DNA of 64,000 nucleotides from Neoechinorhynchus agilis (taxonomy: Eukaryota > Animalia > Acanthocephala): assembly GCA_051530055.1 (NCBI GenBank), contig CM121342.1:5827489-5891488 (forward strand), read 5' to 3'. Positions 23,774-35,951 of the stretch are shown here, piece after piece. The notes under the pieces are model-generated. The model did no database searches and had not been told where the DNA came from. It worked only from the letters and a program-made list of their open reading frames with translations. The stretch's first letter is position 1; each line of letters begins with the position of its first letter. A program made the translations under genes and the position numbers.

Positions 23774-26700
23774 ATGGTTGAAGATCGTTCATTGTTGTTG
23801 AAGAATGTTCGTCGATGTTTGGCTAATGTTCTCTATCGAGTTAGTCGGAAAGTAGACAAACATCATCGTGTTTCGGTTGTCAATGACCCGGAGGAGGAAT
23901 CAGTGGCGATTAAACGGATTCGCCAAGATCCATATTATTATCTCGGTGATGGTCTTCGCCGCGTTCATCCTTATAAGTTCACATGGAAGACGTTTGCTAA
24001 AAGGAGATGGATCGGCCGGACGCTCATTGATGTTTATTCAAATGAGTTTGCTTATTTGGCAAGTGATGATACAAAAACTGAACAAGTCCGTGAAATGATT
24101 GAAACCGGAAAAATTCGAGTTAATGGACAGGTTAAAAGTTGTGAGTATGTTGTACACACGATCGAACCCATCGATTCCTATCGTGGACAAAAGAAAATGT
24201 GAATCGATGGGTTCTTAAGGGATAATGATCAGCTGACCAATGACGATCATAGGCATGAAAAACCCGTTCTGGACGCAGAAATCACAATTTGTAAAGAAAA
24301 TGATCAATATCTTGTTATTTGTAAACCAAGTTCAATACCAGTTCATCCTTGTGGAAATTATCGTTTCAATACGGTGACCAACATTCTTGAACATGAACAA
24401 GGACGAACTAACCTTAAACTGGTACATCGATTAGCTCAAAAGTGATCGGGTTTGAGGCTTTTCTCCAACGGTTACAAATGCCCATCCATCGGTGTCCTCT
24501 CCATGATCTCTAACGCATTGTTCTCCTTCTTAACTTTGCTTCAAAAAAAATGATTCACTCATCTAAATCGTTAATTTTTATCGTATTATTTTGAGAGCTT
24601 AAATTAAAGAAATGAAATTGGAATTAATTAAAGCAAATTTGATTAATGGGATATTAATCATTTCTCCAGAGAATCATACTCTCTTCTAGGCCGTAGATCC
24701 ATTTTCCGTCATTTCCTTTTGTTTTTAAATTCGGTTTTTTTTGAAGCCACATTCGGAAATGAATTATGCCTTCTCGATGATCTCTAACACATTGTTCTCC
24801 TTATCTTTGCTTCAAAAAAATGATTCACTCATCTAAATCGTTAATTTTTATCGTATTATTTTGAGAGCTTAAATTAAAGAAATGAAATTGGAATTAATTA
24901 AAGCAAATTTGATTAATGGGATATTAATCATTTCTCCTTTTAATCAATACTCTCTTCTAGGCTGTAGATCCATTTTCCGTCATTTCCTTTTGTTTTTAAA
25001 TTCGGTTTTTTTTGAAGCCACATTCGGAAATGAATTATGCCTTCTCGATGATCTCTAACACATTGTTCTCCTTATCTTTGCTTCAAAAAAATGATTCACT
25101 CATCTAAATCGTTAATTTTTATCGTATTATTTTGAGAGCTTAAATTAAAGAAATGAAATTGGAATTAATTAAAGCAAATTTGATTAATGGGATATTAATC
25201 ATTTCTCCATTTAATCAATACTCTCTTCTAGGCCGTAGATCCATTTTCCGTCATTTTCTTTTGTTTTTAAATTCGGTTTTTTTTGAAGCCACATTCGGAA
25301 ATGAATTATGCCTTCTCGATGATCTCTAACACATTGTTCTCCTTCTTATCTTTGCTTCAAAAAAATGATTCACTCATCTAAATCGTTAATTTTCATCGTA
25401 TTATTTTGAGAGCTAAATTAAAGAAATGAAATTGGAATTAATTAAAGCAAATTTGATTAATGGGATATTAATCATTTCTCCTTTTATTCAATACTCTCTT
25501 CTAGGCCGTAGATCCATTTTCCGTCATTTCCTTTTGTTTTTAAATTCGGTTTTTTTGAAGCCACATTCGGAAATGAATTATGCCTTCTCGATGATCTCTA
25601 ACACATTGTTCTCCTTATCTTTGCTTCAAAAAAAATGATTCACTCATCTAAATCGTTAATTTTTATCGTATTATTTTGAGAGCTTAAATTAAAGAAATGA
25701 AATTGGAATTAATTAAAGCAAATTTGATTAATGGGATATTAATCATTTCTCCTTTTAATCAATACTCTCTTCTAGGCCGTAGATCCATTTTCCGTCATTT
25801 TCTTTTGTTTTTAAATTCGGTTTTTTTGAAGCCACATTCGGAAATGAATTATGCCTTCTCCATGATCTCTAACGATTGTTCTCCTTATCTTTGCTTCAAA
25901 AAAATGATTCACTCATCTAAATCGTTAATTTTTATCGTATTATTTTGAGAGCTTAAATTAAAGAAATGAAATTGGAATTAATTAAAGCAAATTTGATTAA
26001 TGGGATATTAATCATTTCTCCTTTTATTCAATACTCTCTTCTAGGCCGTAGATCCATTTTCCGTCATTTCCTTTTGTTTTTAAATTCGGTTTTTTTGAAG
26101 CCACATTCGGAAATGAATTATGCCTTCTCCATGATCTCTAACACATTGTTCTCCTTATCTTTGCTTCAAAAAAATGATTCACTCATCTAAATCGTTAATT
26201 TTTATCGTATTATTTTGAGAGCTTAAATTAAAGAAATGAAATTGGAATTAATTTAGCAAATTTGATTAATGGGATATTAATCATTTCTCCTTTTATTCAA
26301 TACTCTCTTCTAGGCGCTAGATCCATTTTCCGTCATTTCCTTTTGTTTTTAAATTCGGTTTTTTTGAAGCCACATTCGGAAATGAATTATGCCTTCTCCA
26401 TGATCTCTAACACAGCTCCTCCTTATTCTAGTTTTCCAAAAAAATGATTCGGCCTCATCGGAATCGTTAATTTTTATCGTATTATTTTGAGAGCTTAAAT
26501 TAAAGAAATGAAATTGGAATTAATTAAAGCAAATTTGATTAATGGGATATTAATCATTTCTCCTTTTAATCAATACTCTCTTCTAGGCCGTAGATCCATT
26601 TTCCGTCATTTCCTTTTGTTTTTAAATTCGGTTTTTTTGAAGCCACATTCGGAAATGAATTATGCCTTCTCATGATCTCTAACACATTGTTCTCCTTATC

Positions 26701-28287
26701 TTTGCTTCAAAAAAATGATTCACTCATCTAAATCGTTAATTTTTATCGTATTATTTTGAGAGCTTAAATTAAAGAAATGAAATTGGAATTAATTAAAGCA
26801 AATTTGATTAATGGGATATTAATCATTTCTCCTTTTATTCAATACTCTCTTCTAGGCCGTAGATCCATTTTCCGTCATTTCCTTTTGTTTTTAAATTCGG
26901 TTTTTTTTAAGCCACATTCGGAAATGAATTATGCCTTCTCCATGATCTCTAACACATTGTTCTCCTTCTTAACTTTGTTATATTATTAATCCTTTTCATT
27001 TTTTTTAAACAATAAAAGATTTATTTTAAAATGATTAAATCGTCCCCCGGACGCTGACCGCATTTCCTCGTTGGATTGCGAGGCTTATTCTTTGTATCAG
27101 GAAAATCCTCTCGCGTCGCTCCCCTGTTAATCTTTCTCCTATGGATTCACTGCTTTCAAAAACCCAATGATTCACCCATCTAAATCGTTAATTTTAATCA
27201 TTTTGGAATTACTGTTTAAAGTCTTACTAAAAAATGATGATGAACCGCCGGTGAAGTTCGACGAACGTCTTTTTAATCGAAGACTTCTAACCAATAATTT
27301 CTTTGCACATTCCCCAATTTTTAAATCCTATTTTTTTGAATGTATTTTGAGAGCTTAAATTAAAGAAGAAGGGAAATAAAAGAGAAAAAAGTCGGATATC
27401 TTCACGAATTAATGCTATTTTCGACTCATTTTTCTAATATGTTGTCGAAAAAATTAATATTTATTGAACTCATGAAAGACGACATTTAAGATACTTATAA
27501 AGTCGGATACTCGTGATGGATTTCTGAGCTTATCTTCTTTTTTTGGTGTCGAATAAGACAAAATTAGTTCGGAAATATGGCCACCTTCGAAGGGATCACT
27601 TTTAGTTTAGACAGATGCACCAGTGGACTAATGATACTTGCCAAATCATCGAATGCGGCTACTTTGATTCAGAAACTATTTAACGATGGGAAAATCCGGA
27701 AAACTTATTTGGCAAAAGTGACTCATATTCCGATTCAATTCGATAGCGAACAAATCGTTAGTGTGGACAAGCGAGTTGCCGTAATCTCCTATAAACACGC
27801 TCTATGTCGAATAATAAACGAAGATTTAAGTGAGCGAGGAAAATCAGCTGTAACCTTATTTGAGGTCTTTGATCGCGAGAAAAGAATACTCAGTTGTAAG
27901 CCTATCAGCGGTCGAATGCATCAGATCAGACTTCATCTTCAATACCTCGGATGTCCAATAGTTGACGACAATGTGTACAACAATGTTCGAATATGGAAAT
28001 CCGATTTTTCGCAGAAAGACGAGGAAGTTATTGCCAATTTAGTGGAAGAACGAAAAAGATTGATTTTGGAAGCCACCTTATTAAATCAGGAGGGCAAAAC
28101 GGAATTAGCCGTGGATGCAGCTCATTTCGACGAAACGTGTAAAGAATGCAAATATCCATCGGCGGATCCTCGTCGGTCTCAAATGTCCATTTGTCTTCAT
28201 TCATATGAATTAGAAGTGGACGGTGAAAAGTACGTCTCGGATCTTCCACAATGGGCTCTGAGGTTTTGTTCTTATACACAAGATTAA
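23774..28287 (+). CDS. RPUSD2: RluA-family pseudouridine synthase
   Basis: GLRRVHPY.F...AKRRW.GR, HRHEKPV, KPSSIPVHPCG, HRLDRCTSG and GRMHQIRLHLQYLG motifs. 425 codons after removing two TA-to-TA segments (63 and 3176 nt). Confidence 0.9.
24153..24217 (+). other. TA-flanked hairpin intervening sequence (63 nt removed)
   Basis: Perfect 14-bp inverted repeat GAACCCATCGATTC (24164-77) / GAATCGATGGGTTC (24201-14); contains an in-frame TGA; the join gives CEYVVRDND. Confidence 0.72.
24432..27609 (+). other. Large TA-flanked intervening sequence with terminal stem (3176 nt removed)
   Basis: CAT CGA TTA G|...|AC AGA restores HRLDR; terminal arms AAAAGTGATC (24438-47) / GATCACTTTT (27594-603). Confidence 0.85.
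24499..26970. repeat. About 270-bp tandem array, about 9 copies, inside the RPUSD2 intervening sequence
   Basis: ATGAAATTGGAATTAATT recurs at about 270-bp spacing (e.g. 25426, 25697, 25966). Confidence 0.97.
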
Positions 28288-28417
28288 CTTTATTTTTGAG
28301 TATTGTTTCGAAACAAACGTTTATTCGAACCATTTCACGCCGGACTAACTTGAAAAAGTCGACCAAATGATGCGTGAAAGGAAATTTTTCTTTTTTTAGG
28401 GTTGGAATTATTATGGT

Positions 28418-28757
28418 TAGAAGTCTACAAGCGCGATGATTTCTTTTCGATTAAAAAGACGTTCTGTGAACCTCGTAAAGGGTTCTCAGTTTGTTAGTCG
28501 GAAGGTTTGTGCAAAACCATGTAAAAGATTATGAACAACCGAAAAGGAAAACTCGCAAGTAATAGAATTGATTCATCTTTAACGTGATCCCTCTCCTTCT
28601 TTAACCAAAATGAATCGATAATCTATTTATCTTATGTTTCACACATTCCTCGATAGGAAACCCCGTGAGGTTCAGTTTTAGAACTGAACCACCGGTGAGG
28701 TTCGACGAACGTCTTTTTAATCGAAAAAAAATCATTTACCGCGTTTGTAGACTTGTA
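28418..28757. mobile_element. Foldback MITE, family AAGTCT (longer member)
   Basis: TAGAAGTCTACAAGCGCG...TTTTCGATTAAAAAGACGTTC / GAACGTCTTTTTAATCGAAAA...CGCGTTTGTAGACTTGTA; a partial copy lies at about 27240-27295. Confidence 0.8.
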
Positions 28758-28857
28758 AACAATTATTAAGGCTTTAAAAAAATTTGATTTTTATCGCTTC
28801 AAAAAACACTACCTTTAATTTCTAGATACCGTACATCGTCTCCGAAAAAAGAAGACA

Positions 28858-30353
28858 ATGTCAACTCCAAGGCGAAAGGTCCTCTTTTTTTAGTGCTTTT
28901 TTCCTTTGACTTGTACGTTCAGGTACTGCTGATGGGAAAAAGTGGAAGTGGAAAGACTAGCATGAGATCCATAATATTCGCAAATGGAATGGCTCGAGAT
29001 ACCAGACGACTTGGTCCAACCAGTTTAGTTCTGCTGAATTCGAAAAACGAGCAATATTTGTTAATTTTAGTCGATGTCGAACAAACCTATGTCCGATTCT
29101 TGAATTGTATCGTAAATCTCTGGGATTGTGGCGGGTAATACGTCTCTAAAAATTAAACTTTTATTACCTAAAAACAATTAAAGTCAGGAAGCATTCATTA
29201 AGGAGTATTTCACTTCACAGAAAAGTGTTGTTTTCAAGGAAGCAGAAGTGTTGATCTATGTGTTCGATATTGAAAGCAAGGAACATGAAGACGACATTAA
29301 TTGTTTCAGAATGTGCCTCGATAGGATTAGAGAGGTTATCTTCTTCTTTATAGAGCTTCAATATTTCTAAAATTGATGAAAAATGAAATTGATAAAAATT
29401 ATGTAAATTTATTGAATCGATATTTCGGCTCAATCAAAAGCCTTTATCAAAACAACCTTGATAAAGATCATGGAAATCGAGTGAAGTATTAAAAAAAGAA
29501 ATATCTTTTTATAATCTTTTTATTTTCTCGACTCTCTCGTTCAAAAAAAGTCCGTTTAGAATTCACCAAACGCCAAGATATTCTGCCTTGTACACAAAAT
29601 GGATTTAGTTCCAGCAGTAGATAAGGAAACGGTATTTTGATCAATTCTTAATCAATATTCTTATAAGTTGTATTATTTCAAGGTTTTTCAATCGATGGAA
29701 ACTGAATTGAAGGGTTTAACCGCGGTGGATCAGGGAAGAGCTGAGCCTTGTAAATGCTTTCCAACGTCTATTTGGGATGAGACATTGTACAAGGTCACTT
29801 TAATCGTTTTGAAAAAACGCCTTCAAATCTTCACAGGCATGGTCACAAATAGTTTACATGTTAATTCCAAACATGGCATTGTTGGAACGAAAACTGCAGA
29901 ATTTCGCTGATCTTCTCGACGCAGATGAAGTTTTGCTGTTCGAAAGAGCAACTTTCTTAGTGAGTGATCGCTAAAATTGTGTTAATCTTTCGTTTTTTAG
30001 GTGATTTCTCAGTGTACTAGGACAATGCATAGAGATATCAATCGATTTGAAAAGATTAGCAGTATCATTAAACAGTTCAAACAGAGCTGTACAAAACTGG
30101 CCACTTCGTTTCAATGCATGGAAGTTCGGAATTCGATGTTCTGTGCTTTTATTGAGAGCTTTACGCAAAATACTTATGTTATGGTCATCACGTCCAGTCC
30201 TTCATCAGGTTTGTTAAAAGCCACCTAAATATCGAGTTTATAAAAGTGGTTTTAAAAGTACATTCTGTATAAATTGGAATAAAAAAACAACGTTTAGCCC
30301 AAATTATGACAATGATTAGAAAGCGAACTGTCTTGAAACAATCGACTAATTGA
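28858..30353 (+). CDS. RRAGA: Rag GTPase A/B
   Basis: [48 protein letters not shown] and [12 protein letters not shown] motifs. All introns are GT-AG; the last exon is uncertain. Confidence 0.93.
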
Positions 30354-30536
30354 CCGTAATTCGATCATGGAGATGTAGTGATCTTGCTTCTCCTGTGAAC
30401 GAGCTCATTAGCCAAAATATTATAAAGAAATAACGGTTATTTGGATCTTTAGAGATCTCAAAAAACATCAAAATATTGAGATATTTCGAAACTTCTCGCT
30501 TAGTCAACGAACTATTTTTTGAAGGATTTTGATCGA

Positions 30537-31545
30537 GATTCTTAAATGAATTTCCATTGAGTTTGGTGTACGGTCATTGGAAAAAAAGCCATGAGTTTTT
30601 CGTTCTTTGCCATAGTTCGGATTCGGCGTTTACAAGTCTTAATTTTTCGAGACCTGAACAATCAAACGTTCTAAACATTTAGAAAATGTGGTGATCACAT
30701 TTTGTGGGCCGATACAAAAGATTGAGGTTTTCTCTAGATTCTTAAATGAATTTCCATTGAGTTTGGCGTACGGTCATTGGAAAAAAAGCCATGAGTTTTT
30801 CGTTCTTTGCCATAGTTCGGATTCGGCGTTTACAAGTCTTAATTTTTAGAGACCTGAACAATCAAACGTTCTAAACATTTAGAAAATGTGGTGGTCACAT
30901 TTTGTGGGCCGATACAGTACGGTCATTGGAAAAAAAACCATGAGTTTTCGTTCTTTGCCATAGTTCGGATTCGGCGTTTACAATGCTTAATTTTTCGAGA
31001 CCTGAACAATCAAACGTTCTAAACATTTAGAAAATGTAGTGATCGCATTTTTTGGGCCGATACAAAAGATTGAGGTTTTCTCTAGATTCTTAAATGAATT
31101 TCTATTGAGTTTGGCGTACGGTCATTGGAAAAAAACCATGAGTTTTTCGTTCTTTGCCATAGTCCGGATTCGGCGTTTACAAGTCTTAATTTTTCGAGAC
31201 CTGAACAATCAAACGTTCTAAACATTTAGAAAATGTCGTGATCGCATTTTTTTGGCCGATACAAAAGATTGAGGTTTTCTCTAGATTCTTAAATGAATTT
31301 CCATTGAGTTTGGCGTACGGCCGTTGGAAAAAAAGCCATGAGTTTTTCGTTCTTTGCCATAGTCCGGATTCGGCGTTTACAAGTCTTAATTTTTCGAGAC
31401 CGAACAATCAAATGTTTGAACATTTAGAAAAATGTGGTAGTCACATTTTTGGCCGATACAAAAGATTGAGGTTTTCTCTAGATTCTTAAATGAATTTCTA
31501 TTGAGTTTGGCGTACGGTCAATGGAAAAAAACCACGAGTTTTCGC
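30537..31545. repeat. 200-bp tandem array, about 5 copies
   Basis: GATTCTTAAATGAATTTC at 30537, 30737 and so on; one copy has an internal deletion. Confidence 0.95.
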
Positions 31546-31808
31546 CACAGTTCGTATTTGAGCTCTATCCAAAGAGATTTTCTTTTGATAAGTGTAGGAC
31601 GAGAAAACTTATTGAATTGGTATGATTTTAGGTGGAATGACGGTAGTGAACATTCGGAATGCAAGGAAATACTTTGGAAAGATTGAACGATAGCTCTTCA
31701 TTTGTTCACATAAAAGAGTGTTTTTTTTTCTTCTAATTATGGTGAAGACTCACTGAGGCGCACTGTCATAATATGTTGGATCCATTTTCCCGAATTTCCT
31801 AAACCGCC

Positions 31809-32177
31809 CTATTTGAGTCTCGTTACAGTTTTTTGTGTGTAATGAACGGAAACGAGACACAATGCATCGCGTAGAACAAGTTGAATGAACTCATTGGACT
31901 CACGAAGAAGTGCACGGAAATCTGGATCTTCTTCGAACTCATCCATCCGTTTGAACAGTGTGCCGTATCCGTCCGGATAATTCACTTCTCCACCGAGTTC
32001 GTCATTGAACACTTGAATCATTAGAGCGTTCATGGCGTATATTAGTTTCAAACTATCCGAACGGTTAGATTTTATACAGTTGCTGAATTGTTCCTTATAT
32101 TGAGGAGATTGTATCCGTGCCATTATACGTCGAGCTTTGTCTAACAGCTCTTCTCGACTCATTGAAGCGATATTCAT
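31809..32177 (-). CDS. Possible protein C10 (C12orf57-like) homolog
   Basis: Helical 122-aa ORF with spacing similar to C10 (I-x-S-P-Q...D-x-x-K...Q...G...F...E-D-P-D-F); weak recognition. Confidence 0.45.
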   Translation of the reverse strand: MNIASMSREELLDKARRIMARIQSPQYKEQFSNCIKSNRSDSLKLIYAMNALMIQVFNDELGGEVNYPDGYGTLFKRMDEFEEDPDFRALLRESNEFIQLVLRDALCLVSVHYTQKTVTRLK

Positions 32178-33127
32178 ATCTAAAATTTATTATACCAGTT
32201 TTTTTTTCTTCTAAAACTGTGCTATAAATATCGTTTCATTATTTAGTTTGGCGTTGTCGAGACTGAGGATCCGAGATCAAGAGCGCTGACGACGGCACCT
32301 TGGGACATCCAGAGATGTTTTATAGCGAATTAACGAATAATTGATTTATTTGAAATTATATTTAGAAAAAAAAGGTAATAAAAGGCGATTTTGGTTTGGG
32401 AAAAAAATTATTAATAAAAGAATAAAAACAAAATCGATCTCGTAATTTAAGAGAAATACTTCTTTTGTGGGGTATCGACCCGTCGGATCTATTGGTTCTT
32501 TTATGTAGTGCAAAGAAATTTCTCTAATGATTTTAAACTGCCGATTGTTTTCGAAGAGGCACATAATCTTGTAGGTCTTTTAAAATCATTAGAAATTTCT
32601 TCGCATCACAAAAAACAACCCAATGTTCAAACTCCTCTTGGATTTAATCTGCCTGGGTAAATGAGACATTTTCCCTTTCGTCCGAGGTTTCTCAATTGAT
32701 TCCAATGATCGAATCAAAGTTTCTGATAGTCAAATTTGAATTTACAATTTTTCTAGCTTTTTTCGCTCAGAGTGATCCGTATATTTAAACAAAATCACTA
32801 AGATTCGTGAAATGGACAACTTAAAATAGTCTTTGGACGATAATCCAAGGAATCGGAGGCGTTTAAAAAGACGGAGTTTATCTTAATGCAACGAAATTGA
32901 AAGATGTGCGAAAAAACGAGTCTCTATTTTTATATCTTCTTTTAATTCCCCCAATAAAGTGCTCCCCTCGTGGCACTGTACTAAATCATTCGATTTTCTT
33001 GCCAGTTCAAAACGAATATCCAAATTTGCTAACAATAAAGATCCAAAATAACAAAATCCTTTTAAATTCAACCAAAAAAGGTGCTTATAAATACACAATT
33101 TTTATTTTTAGTTAAAAATATAATGAG

Positions 33128-33314
33128 TATGTGGCGGTTGGGGAAAAATTATATATCAAAGACTTTAATTAAAATATTTCGTCCAATCAAACAGAACTCG
33201 ATCACTATGAATTATTGTTTGTAAGTGTTTTTCAACTGTGAAAAATCCATTGCGATTGGTCGAAATATTTTAATTAAAGTCTTTGATATAAATTTTTTTC
33301 CCAACCGCCATATA
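33128..33314. mobile_element. TA-bounded foldback MITE, with a truncated tandem copy at 33343-33493
   Basis: TATGTGGCGGTTGGGGAAAAATT...AATATTTCG / CGAAATATT...TTTTTCCCAACCGCCATATA; arms of about 60 bp. Confidence 0.82.
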
Positions 33315-33594
33315 CACAATTTTTAGTTAAAAATATAATGAGTATGTGGCGGTTGGGGAAAAAATTATATATCAAAGACTTTAATTAAAATATTTCGACC
33401 AATCAAACAAAACTCATCACTATGAATTATTGTTTGTAAGTGTTTTTCAACTGTGAAAAATCCATTGCGATTGGTCGAAATATTTTAATTAAAGTGATCA
33501 CAATTTTTACCGTGAAAGAAATCGACAAAATTCTTTGTTATCTAGAGAGAAAAAAAGTGTCAATCATTTTCTATTGGCTTTAACACTTCTACTA

Positions 33595-34326
33595 ATGGTG
33601 GACAATGAAACTTATTTGCCTTCTTACAAAGAATTGGAGTTTCCAACTCTTAACGTCACTTCGGCAGTTCTTCGTGCCGGAGCTCATTTAATGGCCCTAA
33701 AATGTGACGAAGTCTTTAAGGTTAATCGCACTTTTCAAACAAATTTCTAATGATTTAGCGAATAATTGATTAATTTGAAAAAAATCAATAATTCGCTATC
33801 AGTATAAAAAAAATCATTTCAATTTTTCTACATGCCATTTCAAAACAACTTTAAGGAATTCATGCTTTGTCGCCAAGAACTGGATGGTAGATTTTGTCTT
33901 AAGGAAGGAAAAGACGTTAGTCAATGCGCGATGGATTTCTTTAAATCAGTCCGAAACAATTGTAATGAAAGTTTTGTCGACTATTGGAAATGTCTTGATA
34001 ATTCCCCCGATGGTGAATTCAATTATTTATAGTAAGATTTTAATGAAGAAAAACACATCCCCAAGAACTCGTTTCCGACTTTTAGCTGCAAAAAAACTCA
34101 AAAACAGTTCGAACTGTGCGCTTCTGAGAAATTGAAATTAGATCGACCGCCAGTTGGATACTTTAACATGATCCGAGTTCATAAAACAAAACGGGAAAAA
34201 CCAAAAGTTGGAGAGTTCATGTTTCCTTTCAAAGAACTCGATGAGCCGCCACTTTTGGAAAACCAGGAACGATTTAAAAATGCTAAAATTGAAGCCGAAA
34301 AAGGACGTCGTGTCTTTTGGAAGTAA
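33595..34326 (+). CDS. NDUFA8: NADH dehydrogenase 1 alpha subcomplex subunit 8
   Basis: LPSYKELE...LRAGAH...C...EFMLCR...CLKEGKDVSQC...C...F..YWKC...CKKTQKQFELC...LDRP; twin CX9C pattern; two GT-AG introns. Confidence 0.92.
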
Positions 34327-34694
34327 ACTACAAAACAATGACGTCGACACTTCTTCAGATTTAGATTCTTTCGTAGATAAAACGACGCGTTAATGGGGGG
34401 TTTTTGTTACTGTTTAGGTTCATTTTGACTCGGGGAACAATCTTGTGTGCTGCGATGAATCCTGATCAAATGACTCGGGTTCAATCAGTCGAAATATATT
34501 CATTGGTCTTTAAAGCGATAAAAGTCGAGTGTCGCGACCTAAGCAATATCTAACCACGTCCGAGTGCTATCCTCATTTAAAATTTTCTGTCTTTATCGAA
34601 GATGATTAAAAGTGAATCAATAAAAGGCGCTATGAACTGCTTTTTTATTTTTCCCGGTTTATACAATCTTAAATACGCTGCTTTGTGTTTTGCG

Positions 34695-34860
34695 CTATCC
34701 TCCAATCTGTCATCGGAACTTGGGATGAACAGGGTGTTCTTTATGGGAGCCTCGTGTGATCCAAGCTCACAGACCCTATCGCAAAGCACCGATAATTTCT
34801 TTAGAAGCCTCTTAATTTCGCTTTCTACATTCCCATCAAAGACGCAACTGACGGCCAAGG
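34695..34860 (-). mobile_element. Internal CRE RT relic
   Basis: SCVFDGNVESEI...KLSVLCDRVCELGSHEA-IKNTLFIP aligns with SCVFDSNVEDEI...KLSLLCDRVCALSAHEALFLIKNALFIP of the element at about 7470-7610. Confidence 0.85.
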
Positions 34861-34885
34861 TCGATCATTTCTAAGTATTTTTTAA

Positions 34886-35760
34886 CTGTGACGTCAACAC
34901 TTCTTTAGATTTCGATTCTTTCGTAGATAGAACGACATTTTGATAAATGTATTTTCCCGGTTTATGCAATCTTAAATACGCTGCTTTGTAGTTCGCTCGT
35001 TCATTGTTTAATTCAATAGAATGCATTTTATCCTGGAAAATCAAAATTTTTTACTGTGACGTCAGCACTTTTGATTTCGATTCTTTCGTAGATAAAACGA
35101 CATTTTGATAAATGTATTTTCTCGGTTTATACAATCTTAAATACGCTGCTTTGTAGTTCGCTCGTTCATTGTTTAATTCAATAGAATGTATTTTATCCTG
35201 GAAAATGAAATTTTTACTGTGACGTCAACACTTTTGATTTCGATTCTTTCGTAGATAAAACGACATTTTGATAAATGTATTTTCTCGGTTTATACAATCT
35301 TAAATACGCTGCTTTGTAGTTCGCTCGTTCATTGTTTAATTCAATAGAATGTATTTTATCCTGGAAAATGAAATTTTTACTGTGACGTCAACACTTCTTT
35401 AGATTTCGATTCTTTCGTAGATAGAACGACATTTTGATAAATGTATTTTCCCGGTTTATACAATCTTAAATACGCTGCTTTGTATTTCGCTCGTTCATTG
35501 TTTAATTCAATAGAATGTATTTTATCCTGGAAAATGAAATTTTTACTGTGACGTCAACACTTCTTTAGATTTCGATTCTTTCGTAGATAAAACGACATTT
35601 TGATAAATGTATTTTCCCGGTTTATACAATCTTAAATACGCTGCTTTGTAGTTCGCTCGTTCATTGTTTTAATCGATAGAATGTATTTTATCCTGGAAAA
35701 TCAAAAAATTTTACTGTGGCGTCAGCACTTTAGATTTCGATTCTTTCGTAGATAGAACGA
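34886..35760. repeat. About 165-bp tandem array, about 5 copies
   Basis: CTGTGACGTC at about 34886, 35054, 35217, 35380, 35546 and 35714. Confidence 0.95.
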
Positions 35761-35951
35761 CTGCTAAAAAATATGGCCATGAAAAAGGTCGCTATACTTC
35801 GCATATCACCGTTTTTTTTATTTGAATACCACGAACCCGAAATCATTCGTGATGATGGCCTCAATTGCGAAGTATTCGATTTGAATGTAAAACGTGCATT
35901 TGGCCTCAGTCGAGTCGTGTTCAATTTCGCTTTTTAGATGACATTTTCGCA

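Noticed and set aside
25426-26989. Repeated MKLELIKAN... ORFs
   Set aside because: They lie in an AT-rich satellite with frame-changing indels between copies, inside the RPUSD2 intervening sequence.
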